From Alphaproteobacteria bacterium (GTDB taxonomy: Bacteria; Pseudomonadota; Alphaproteobacteria; UBA9219): a stretch of 64,000 nt of DNA. Of this stretch, positions 29,685 to 36,991 are shown in pieces (the first letter of the stretch is position 1; the number at the start of each line of letters is the position of its first letter). The translations under genes and the position numbers were made by a program. Below the pieces are notes generated by a model, which ran no database searches, was not told where the DNA came from, and was given only the letters and a program-made list of their open reading frames with translations. Location: contig JAYRGC010000028.1 of the NCBI GenBank assembly GCA_041908065.1, forward strand, positions 8,206 through 72,205, in the 5' to 3' direction.

Positions 29685-30257
29685 ATGGCCCGCAACCGCT
29701 ACAGCGGCGTAGATTCCTACGCCGCTTTTTTTATTGCCTATAAAGCGAAAATCCTCACCAGAATGCCGATATTCACGCTGGATGATTTTGATGATCTCCA
29801 GCAGGAATTGATGCTGGCCTATCTTCACGCATGGCCGAGCTTCGATCCCGCCAAGGGCGACCGGCGCAGCTTCATTAAAACCGTGGTCAACACGAAAGCC
29901 CTTATGTTGGTACGCGATATGGAGCGCCAGAAACGATGGACGGGCGCGCGCACCGTTTCTCTTTCTGCGCCGGTGGGCGATGGCGATGATGCCGTGACGC
30001 TGGCCGACACCATCGACCATGAAAGCGGCCTGTGGGGTGATGCGTTCCGTGAGCAAAGCCAGATTTTCGCAGAACAGAAAATGGATGTCGGGCGGATGCT
30101 GGCCGCTATGCCGGATGATCTGCGCCAGACCTATGATCTGTTGTCAGAATATGGCGTGTCCGAAGCTGCCGATCTGCTGGGCATCCCCCGCACCACCATG
30201 TCCAGCCGCCTGAAAAAGTTAAGGAAATTTGTCGAGGACTACATGGCGCAAAAATAA
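29685..30257 (+). CDS. phage-encoded sigma-70 family (ECF-like) sigma factor
   Basis: Region 2-like DLQQELMLAYLHAWPSFDPAKGDRRSFIKTVVNTKALMLVRDMERQKR and region 4 HTH LRQTYDLLSEYGVSEAADLLGIPRTTMSSRLKKLRK. Confidence 0.75.
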   Translation: MARNRYSGVDSYAAFFIAYKAKILTRMPIFTLDDFDDLQQELMLAYLHAWPSFDPAKGDRRSFIKTVVNTKALMLVRDMERQKRWTGARTVSLSAPVGDGDDAVTLADTIDHESGLWGDAFREQSQIFAEQKMDVGRMLAAMPDDLRQTYDLLSEYGVSEAADLLGIPRTTMSSRLKKLRKFVEDYMAQK

Positions 30258-30335
30258 TTCCCTGCCGCATCGTCGTTTTCAGGCCGGACGGCATACCAGC
30301 CCTGTGTGACCACCCCACACGCGAAAGGACAAGGT

Positions 30336-30545
30336 ATGGATCAGGCACAAAACAGCGAAATGGCGATGTTCAAATGGGTGCAGCACACCCCCGTGGGGCA
30401 GTTAAAAGCCCTGACGGACGAACGCTTGCAAGAAATCCGCGAAACGCTGGTCAAGGAGGTACGCGAAGTTGGTCGCGCCCTGCAATGGGTTGACGGCGTT
30501 ATCAAGCTGAAAACCATCGAGCGCGACAAGGCCGCGAAAGCGTGA
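30336..30545 (+). CDS. small hypothetical phage protein
   Basis: ATG 30336 follows AAAGGACAAGG (ORF open from GTG 30306). Confidence 0.4.
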   Translation: MDQAQNSEMAMFKWVQHTPVGQLKALTDERLQEIRETLVKEVREVGRALQWVDGVIKLKTIERDKAAKA

Positions 30546-30549
30546 TGCG

Positions 30550-32679
30550 GTGACGCTGGACAGAACAGCACCGCCGAAAATCATTCCGCTTAAGCCGCCA
30601 TCGGCTTCGGAGCTTCGCCCCCGTTTATTAAATGCCTTGCCTTCCGTTCTGCTGACGCTGTTGCCGACCGGCATTATCCGTGGCCGGAAATTCATGGTCG
30701 GGGACATCGGCGGCAATAAGGGCGACAGCCTGGTTGTTGAATTGCACGGGGACAAGGCCGGACTCTGGCATGATTTTGCCACCGGCGCTGGCGGCGATAT
30801 TTTTGACCTGTGGGCAGCGGTCAAGGGCTTCGACAAGCAAACCCAATTCCCTGCACTGTTGCAGGATATTCAAAGCCAGATCGGCGCTGGTCTGCCAGCG
30901 CAGCCCGTTTCCCGATCTTCCCCATCGACCCGCAAACTCGGAAAGCCCACCGCAAAATGGGATTACACCGATGGCGCTGGTCAGGTGATCGCATCCGTCT
31001 ATCGCTACGATCTGGCGGACGGCTCCAAGGAATTCAGGCCGTGGGATGCCGCGCGCGGGGTCATGAAAGCGCCAGAAATTCGCCCGCTTTATAACCAGCC
31101 AGGTCTGAAAACCGCCGAACAGGTTGTTCTGGTCGAAGGCGAGAAATGCGCCGAAGCCCTGATCTCGGTGGGCGTGTGCGCGACTACGGCCATGAACGGC
31201 GCGAAAGCGCCGGTGGCTAAAACGGATTGGTCGCCGCTTCAGGGCAAAAAAGTGATTATCTGGCCGGATCACGACGAGCCAGGGCTGGATTACGCACGCA
31301 ACGCGGCCAGCGCCGCCGCCCGCGCTGGCGCCATCCATGTTCACATCCTGAAAATCCCGCTCGAAAAACCGAAAGCCTGGGATGCCGCCGACGCGGTGGC
31401 TGAAGGGCTGGATATTCCGGCCATCATCCGAAGCTGGGAACGACTGGTCGCCAAGGATACGCCGCCACCACGCAAAACCCTGCCGCTATACAGCATTGCC
31501 GAATTACAGCGGGACAACAGCCCGATCCCCGACGATCTGATTTCCCCGCGCATCCTGACACCGGGCGGGTTGCTGGTATTCGGCGGTGCGCCGAAGGTGG
31601 GTAAAAGTGATTTCCTGATCACACTTCTGGCGCACATGGCGGGCGGCGCGGCATTTCTGGGCATGAGCTGCAAACGCCCGTTGCGCGTCTTTTATCTGCA
31701 AGCCGAGGTGCAATATCACTATCTGCGGGAGCGTGTGCAGCGGCTGGCATTGACCGATGCCGCAACTTTGTTCCTCAACGCCAATTTTATCGTCACGCCG
31801 CAGATTTCGATTGTGCTGGATGAAGCTGGCATTGAAGCGGTGGTGGATGCCATCCATCAGCGGTTTTCGGATGCGCCGCCCGACATCATTGCCATCGACC
31901 CGCTGCGTAACGTGTTCGACGGCGGTGGTCTGGGCGGTGAAAACGATAATGACGCGATGATGTTTTTTCTGGCGCAGCGCCTTGAAGAACTGCGCCGCCG
32001 CGTCAATCCCAGCGCCGGAATCATCCTCGCGCATCACACCCGCAAACTGTTCAAGAAAACGGCGGAAGAAGACCCGTTTCAGGCGTTAAGCGGCGCTGGT
32101 GCGCTGCGTTCCTATTACACCTCCGGCATCATGCTCCATCGGCTTGATGAAAAGCGGCCAGAGCGGTTGTTGCTTTTTGAATTACGGAACGGGCCGGAAT
32201 TGCCACCAAAGATGGTCGTGCGCGCCGCGCGGGGCTGGGAAGAAGTCGAAAACTACGCCGCGCGTCTGGCTTTCAAAGAGCAAGGCGAACGCCAGGATGC
32301 CGAACGGCTGCGAAAGACCGACACCATCATCCACCTGATTTATGAACAGGCGCAAACGGGAAAGATTTATACCGCCAACCAGTTTGCGGAAACTTTCGAG
32401 AACAAGGAGGGCTTGGGCGGCAGCCGCACCATCCGCGAACGGTTGAGCGTGCTGGCCACCAAGGGCCATGTAAAATTCTTCAAGAACGCCGACGCTTATG
32501 GCCTGCCGCTGCTGGCGCGCAGCCGCCAAGGGTATCTCTGCGTCGATGGCATGATGCTGAACACGGGCCGCCTAGTCATGCCGACGCATTACAAGGATTC
32601 ACAATCCGGCGAAATCCTGCCCGTGGTTTACACGCCCAGCCTCCCGTTTTCCGCCGCCGATGGCGAGGAGGAATCGTGA
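30550..32679 (+). CDS. bifunctional primase / RepA-DnaB-like helicase
   Basis: Toprim VVLVEGEKCAEAL ... IIWPDHDEPG. P-loop FGGAPKVGKSDF and IIAIDPL of AAA_25/RepA type. 709 aa. Confidence 0.85.
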   Translation: MTLDRTAPPKIIPLKPPSASELRPRLLNALPSVLLTLLPTGIIRGRKFMVGDIGGNKGDSLVVELHGDKAGLWHDFATGAGGDIFDLWAAVKGFDKQTQFPALLQDIQSQIGAGLPAQPVSRSSPSTRKLGKPTAKWDYTDGAGQVIASVYRYDLADGSKEFRPWDAARGVMKAPEIRPLYNQPGLKTAEQVVLVEGEKCAEALISVGVCATTAMNGAKAPVAKTDWSPLQGKKVIIWPDHDEPGLDYARNAASAAARAGAIHVHILKIPLEKPKAWDAADAVAEGLDIPAIIRSWERLVAKDTPPPRKTLPLYSIAELQRDNSPIPDDLISPRILTPGGLLVFGGAPKVGKSDFLITLLAHMAGGAAFLGMSCKRPLRVFYLQAEVQYHYLRERVQRLALTDAATLFLNANFIVTPQISIVLDEAGIEAVVDAIHQRFSDAPPDIIAIDPLRNVFDGGGLGGENDNDAMMFFLAQRLEELRRRVNPSAGIILAHHTRKLFKKTAEEDPFQALSGAGALRSYYTSGIMLHRLDEKRPERLLLFELRNGPELPPKMVVRAARGWEEVENYAARLAFKEQGERQDAERLRKTDTIIHLIYEQAQTGKIYTANQFAETFENKEGLGGSRTIRERLSVLATKGHVKFFKNADAYGLPLLARSRQGYLCVDGMMLNTGRLVMPTHYKDSQSGEILPVVYTPSLPFSAADGEEES

Positions 32680-32685
32680 TGCGCG

Positions 32686-32860
32686 TTTTTGCCAACTGCC
32701 GACTGACTGCCAACGCCTTGCCGACTGAATCCCGCGCAAGACCGCGTGGCACAACGCTTTCCCTTCAAAATCCAGTCGGCAGCTTCCGACTGATTTTGCC
32801 AACTTGCCGACTGGCGATAAGCCAGCGTTTTCAGCGTGTTCCGTCAGTCGGCAGTCGGCA
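32686..32860. repeat. iteron cluster (candidate phage replication origin)
   Basis: TGCCGACTG or its complement at 32697, 32719, 32773(-), 32784 (8/9), 32805, 32845(-) and 32852(-). A longer unit TTTTGCCAACT(T)GCCGACTG occurs at 32687 and 32794. Confidence 0.6.
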
Positions 32861-32884
32861 GACATCCCCTTACTCCTACGGAGT

Positions 32885-32918
32885 AATGCCGCCGCCATCT
32901 GACATGGCGGCGGGCATT
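32885..32918 (+). other. GC-rich hairpin after the iterons
   Basis: AATGCCGCCGCCAT ctgac ATGGCGGCGGGCATT (14-bp stem, one bulge). No T-tract. Confidence 0.6.
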
Positions 32919-32949
32919 CCCCATCCACCCACCGTGAAAGGACAGCCGC

Positions 32950-33348
32950 ATGTACGATGATGAAAAACAGAAGAAACAACTGAACGAACGAGAGTCTTTT
33001 GTCGAAGATCGCATTCAATCCGCCGCGCGCACGCTGCGCCGGTTGCCGGATACCCGCGTGCAGGGATATTTCAACACCTGGCCCGCGATCATCCGCGAAC
33101 CGCTGGAAATCTTGCAGATGGAACCGGAACGGATGCGCGTGCGTCCGTCGCAGCAGGACATTACCGACATGGAAGAAGTTTTGTTCATCTGGCTGAAGTG
33201 GCTGGATCCCGACGAACGCCGCCTGGTTTGGCTACGGGCCGAGCGTGTGCGCTGGAAACTGATCTGTGGGCGCTTCGGTGTGGGACGCACCAAGGCGTGG
33301 GAAATGTACCGCCGCGCGCTGGCGCGGATAGCCGCAAAATTGCGATGA
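32950..33348 (+). CDS. conserved phage/ICE protein (DUF6362-like)
   Basis: ...DITDMEEVLFIWLKWLDPDERRLVWLRAERVRWKLICGRFGVGRTKAWEMYRRAL has a C-terminal HTH-like segment. Family assignment is from memory. Confidence 0.4.
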   Translation: MYDDEKQKKQLNERESFVEDRIQSAARTLRRLPDTRVQGYFNTWPAIIREPLEILQMEPERMRVRPSQQDITDMEEVLFIWLKWLDPDERRLVWLRAERVRWKLICGRFGVGRTKAWEMYRRALARIAAKLR

Positions 33349-33414
33349 ATTTTAGGATAATCAAATGATCGTCTATGGCCGATTTTTGCAATCATTTCAT
33401 AGCCTTATTCGCTT

Positions 33415-33443
33415 GATAAGTGCCGCGAATGAAGCGTTCATGG
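33415..33443 (+). promoter_or_regulatory. 29-bp conserved element, copy 1, upstream of gene 33467
   Basis: GATAAGTGCCGCGAATGAAGCGTTCATGG matches the reverse complement of 38676-38704 at 28/29. Contains the palindrome TGAAgcgTTCA. Confidence 0.55.
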
Positions 33444-33466
33444 ATGTATAAGCAAAGGAGAAAACC

Positions 33467-33985
33467 ATGAAAAACACCGCAATTTTACCGACCGAAAACA
33501 AAGAATGGGGCTTCTGGGGAACCAGCGCCCGCAACGGCTACGATGCCGAACTGACATGGGATGCCGCCAGCCGCTTTTTGGCAGCCGAATTTGAATTAAC
33601 CCCCGAACAGGCCCGCGACGTGCTGGACGCGCGCTTCGGCCGCCACCTTGCCGATGACCTGAGCTTCATCGAGAACGGCAAGGACAACGCCAAAGGCCCG
33701 ATCAACACCGCCGCCATCACCAAGCACCTGACGATGCGGGTGGCGGACAGAGGCTGGCGCGATTGCTTTGAAAACGCCATACGCGAAGCCACGGGCAAAA
33801 CCTTCCCGCGCAAAGCGCCGATGACCAAGGACGCGCTTTTTACGCTGATCGCCCAGCAGCATCTCAGCATTGAAACGCTGGTCGAGCGCAAATCAGATGG
33901 GTTGGATTTTCACGATGTCGCGGTTTGGAGCGTCAAGGACGCGCTGGAAGCCGCTTACGAAGCTGGCCGCAAGGCGCGGAAATAA
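33467..33985 (+). CDS. conserved hypothetical phage protein
   Basis: 172 aa with a strong AAGGAG RBS. No family confidently recognised. Confidence 0.5.
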   Translation: MKNTAILPTENKEWGFWGTSARNGYDAELTWDAASRFLAAEFELTPEQARDVLDARFGRHLADDLSFIENGKDNAKGPINTAAITKHLTMRVADRGWRDCFENAIREATGKTFPRKAPMTKDALFTLIAQQHLSIETLVERKSDGLDFHDVAVWSVKDALEAAYEAGRKARK

Positions 33986-33996
33986 GGGAGGCAATA

Positions 33997-34434
33997 ATGA
34001 AGCTGCATTTTTCTTGGAACGAAATCGAAAAACTGATTGAAGAAGTCAACACAGCCAAGACCGCCCGAACCCTTTACGAGGAAGAGACAGGCAAAGGCCT
34101 GTGGCTGGTTGGCGATCACGGCGTGTACCTGATGCCCAACACGACTGACGGGGTTCACCACAGCAATCTGGGCAAGGACGACCACCGCCTTGTCGTCTAC
34201 GCCAGAGAATGCAATCCCGATACGATGGAGTTTGACGACTGGTGGGATAACAAGCGTCGCTCCTTCGGTGGTGACGATGGCGTGGAGTTCCTGGATTTGA
34301 AAGAAATTCAGGCGCTGGCCGCGCGCGGATCCGTGGACGGCCACAGGCCGGACAGCCTCGCCCTCAGCTTTTCCCCCGGCCAGTTTGCCTTGAGCGTTGT
34401 GTTCAAGCTGCCGAAGAAAAATGTCCGAACATAA
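33997..34434 (+). CDS. DUF3085-like protein
   Basis: KGLWLVGDHGVYLMPN ... VVYARECNP ... FGGDDGVEFL matches my recollection of DUF3085. ATG 33997 follows AGGGAGG. Confidence 0.6.
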   Translation: MKLHFSWNEIEKLIEEVNTAKTARTLYEEETGKGLWLVGDHGVYLMPNTTDGVHHSNLGKDDHRLVVYARECNPDTMEFDDWWDNKRRSFGGDDGVEFLDLKEIQALAARGSVDGHRPDSLALSFSPGQFALSVVFKLPKKNVRT

Positions 34435-34481
34435 TTCTTACGGACAACGCGAACAATTCCTGGCATCTTAATACCTATCCT

Positions 34482-34517
34482 GGCGCGACGTGCGGTTACA
34501 ATCGTCGCGCCTTTTTC
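34482..34517 (+). terminator. rho-independent terminator
   Basis: GGCGCGACG (12-nt loop) CGTCGCGCC followed by TTTTTC. Confidence 0.75.
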
Positions 34518-34617
34518 ATGTCCTCCCTAACCCTTTGAAATCTTGGGTCCCTCCTGCGCGAAAACCAATGCGGGGGGGCAAGGCCCGGCAGTTTTCTAGC
34601 GTCAGGCCCGCAAAACG

Positions 34618-34655
34618 GGTTACAGCGCGGTTACAGGTTACAGGGCGAGTTACAA
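34618..34655 (+). repeat. clustered GGTTACAG octamers upstream of the methylase genes
   Basis: GGTTACAG at 34618, 34629 and 34636. AGTTACAA at 34648. GGTTACAA in the terminator loop at 34494. Confidence 0.7.
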
Positions 34656-34672
34656 CAAAGCGGAGTTTTAGT

Positions 34673-35989
34673 TTGGATGGTTTGGCTTTTCCTGCCGCCG
34701 GATGCGATCGAGCATGCGCGGAAGGGCGAAGTCTGTTCGGAATTTCCCTCTGCGCCGGGGCTGGTGGTCTCGATCTCGGACTCCACATCGCCATCCCAGA
34801 ATATCGAACTGTGGCTTACGTCGAACGGGAAGCCTACGCAGCGGCAACTATCGTGGCGCGGATGGAAGATGCGGCCTTGGATCGCGCTCCTGTCTGGGAC
34901 GATGTTGCCACCTTCGACGGCAGACCGTGGCGCGGCCTGGTGGATATCGTGCATGGCGGCTATCCGTGCCAACCATTCTCCGTTGCCGGACGCCAGCTCG
35001 GCGACAAAGACCCACGACATCTCTGGCCGCACATCGCCCGCATCGTTTCAGAAATCCAGCCTCCCCTATGCTTCTTCGAAAACGTCAGCGGACATTTACG
35101 ACTGGGCTTCGAGCAAGTCCACGATGACCTTCGACAAATGGGTTATTGCGTTAAGGCGGGGCTGTTTACTGCGGAGGAAATCGGCGCTCCCCACCGGCGC
35201 GAACGGCTCTTCATCTTGGCTTACACCGAGGGCGCAGGAAACCAGCGAAAAGCAGGAGACCTTTGTCCGGCGCAACGGCGACCGGACGGATCAGTGCTTC
35301 GGCTCCCTGACGGCGCAAACGGCGTTGTGGCCGACCGTGACGGCCACGGACGGACTCAAGGGCGGCCCCAACAGTCGCCACGGCAGCGGCAGCCTTCACC
35401 TCCCGGCAGCGGCGGTGCAGCAGCAATGGTACACGCCGAATGTGCCGAACGGCGGCAGGAGCAACCCGAAGGATATGTCTGCGACGGGCGCGTTGCCGAA
35501 CGGCAAAAAACGCCAGGTCGGACTGGAGAACCAGGCCATCCAAATCTGGCCAACACCTATGGCCAATCCGAATTCCAATCGTCAGACGAAGCCAACGCCT
35601 TCGCAATTGAAGGGGGAGCATGGCCTCAATCTGGCGATGGTGGCGGTGACGCACGCATGGCCAACGCCGCGCGCCTGTTCGGGCAAACGCTCCAGCGGGG
35701 CGAACCGGACGGAGCTGGTGCGCTCATGGGCAACGCCGACGACGCGGGACTGGAAGGACGGCACGGCGACGGCGGATGTGGAAACGAATTGCCTGCTTGG
35801 CCGCCAAGCCCCGCGGAGCATGAACGATGGGACGGAATCCCGGCTGACCTTAAACCCGCTGTTCGTCGAATGGCTAATGGGATGGCCTATCGGGTGGACA
35901 GATTGCGCCTCTGCGGCAACGGGGTTGTCCCGCTGGTTGCAGCTTATGCATTCCGAACTCTCGCGGCTGCTGCAAACATCAACCGATGA
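34673..35989 (+). CDS. DNA (cytosine-5)-methyltransferase, ORF in the frame of 34490
   Basis: Motif I FGISLCAGAGGLDLG, IV GGYPCQPFS, VI FFENV, VIII HRRERLFILA and C-terminal motif X-like RVDRLRLCGNGVVPLVAAYAF. Possible TTG start at 34673 after GGAG. The central part shows weak third-position GC bias. Confidence 0.6.
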   Translation: MDGLAFPAAGCDRACAEGRSLFGISLCAGAGGLDLGLHIAIPEYRTVAYVEREAYAAATIVARMEDAALDRAPVWDDVATFDGRPWRGLVDIVHGGYPCQPFSVAGRQLGDKDPRHLWPHIARIVSEIQPPLCFFENVSGHLRLGFEQVHDDLRQMGYCVKAGLFTAEEIGAPHRRERLFILAYTEGAGNQRKAGDLCPAQRRPDGSVLRLPDGANGVVADRDGHGRTQGRPQQSPRQRQPSPPGSGGAAAMVHAECAERRQEQPEGYVCDGRVAERQKTPGRTGEPGHPNLANTYGQSEFQSSDEANAFAIEGGAWPQSGDGGGDARMANAARLFGQTLQRGEPDGAGALMGNADDAGLEGRHGDGGCGNELPAWPPSPAEHERWDGIPADLKPAVRRMANGMAYRVDRLRLCGNGVVPLVAAYAFRTLAAAANINR

Positions 35990-36011
35990 ACAACTCGATC
36001 TTTTTTCATGA
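35217..36011 (+). CDS. overlapping +1-frame ORF: W-x-T-P repeat region plus LNPLFVEWLMGWPIGWT (C5-MTase TRD/motif IX-like)
   Basis: WLTP, WPTV, WYTP, WPTP, WPTP and WATP repeats. Strong third-position G+C bias in this frame. Its stop overlaps the ATG of the next methylase (ATGA at 36008-36011). The ORF is open from 34677. Confidence 0.5.
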   Translation, partial: WLTPRAQETSEKQETFVRRNGDRTDQCFGSLTAQTALWPTVTATDGLKGGPNSRHGSGSLHLPAAAVQQQWYTPNVPNGGRSNPKDMSATGALPNGKKRQVGLENQAIQIWPTPMANPNSNRQTKPTPSQLKGEHGLNLAMVAVTHAWPTPRACSGKRSSGANRTELVRSWATPTTRDWKDGTATADVETNCLLGRQAPRSMNDGTESRLTLNPLFVEWLMGWPIGWTDCASAATGLSRWLQLMHSELSRLLQTSTDEQLDLFS

Positions 36012-36988
36012 GCGTCCGTATATTACAGGGAGATTGCCGCGATCTGCTGAAGACGTTGCCGGACGGCTCCGTGCATTGCTGCGTGACATCGCCGCCGTAT
36101 TTCGGGCTGCGCGATTATGGCATCGACGGCCAGATGGGATTGGAGGAAACGCCGGACGATTACGTTCAGCAGCTCGTTTCCCTCTTTGATGAAATCTGGC
36201 GAGTTCTGCGGGACGATGGAACTCTGTGGCTCAATCTCGGCGACAGCTATGCCGGGAGCGGCAAAGGCCGCAATGCTGACGGAACGCATAGCATTGGCGG
36301 AAAGCAGGATACAAATGTCGGCACCAATATCGGCAAGCTGACAAAGGCAGCGGCGCCGTGCTGCAAGCCCAAAGATTTGATCGGCATTCCTTGGCGCGTT
36401 GCATTTGCGCTGCAGAAAGCTGGCTGGTATTTGCGGAGCGACATCATCTGGCACAAGCCAAATCAGATGCCGGAGTCAGTGACGGATCGCCCGACCAAGG
36501 CGCATGAATACATTTTTTTGTTTAGCAAATCGCCGACCTACTTTTATGACGCCGCGGCGATCCGCGAAGAACAAACAGAATCCTCTCGTGTTCGCTCCCA
36601 ATATACATGGCGCGGACGCACAGATGACGGCAGCAATGGCGCGCGCGGCGGTTCGACTTTCAAGCGCACGGCCGCCAGCGGTGAAAAGATCGGCACAATC
36701 CCAGCAGACGGCAAGCGCAACAAGCGCAGCGTCTGGACGGTCGGAACGCGCCCCTTTAAGGGCGCGCATTTTGCGACTTTTCCGACGACGCTGATTGAGC
36801 CGTGCATCCTCGCCGGCTGCCCGGAAGGCGGCACGGTGCTGGATCCCTTTGGCGGTGCTGGCACCACCGGACTTGTGGCCGAGCGCCTGCGGCGCAACGC
36901 CATTCTGATTGAATTGAACCCCCGTTACGCGGCAATGGCCGAGGAACGGATTAGAACGGACGCGCCGATGCTGGCGCAACAGGATTAA
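36008..36988 (+). CDS. N4/N6 DNA methyltransferase (beta-class, SPPY motif)
   Basis: Motif IV VTSPPYFG precedes motif I VLDPFGGAGTTGLVAE. IIWHKPNQMPES. Confidence 0.85.
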   Translation: MSVRILQGDCRDLLKTLPDGSVHCCVTSPPYFGLRDYGIDGQMGLEETPDDYVQQLVSLFDEIWRVLRDDGTLWLNLGDSYAGSGKGRNADGTHSIGGKQDTNVGTNIGKLTKAAAPCCKPKDLIGIPWRVAFALQKAGWYLRSDIIWHKPNQMPESVTDRPTKAHEYIFLFSKSPTYFYDAAAIREEQTESSRVRSQYTWRGRTDDGSNGARGGSTFKRTAASGEKIGTIPADGKRNKRSVWTVGTRPFKGAHFATFPTTLIEPCILAGCPEGGTVLDPFGGAGTTGLVAERLRRNAILIELNPRYAAMAEERIRTDAPMLAQQD

Positions 36989-36991
36989 GGC

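Noticed and set aside
32686-32860. Short-repeat clusters (the iterons here, and ATGAC at 63790-63844) considered as CRISPR arrays
   Set aside because: The units are 9 bp or 5-23 bp with mixed orientation and no unique spacers of 25-40 bp. There are no cas genes. They are not CRISPR.
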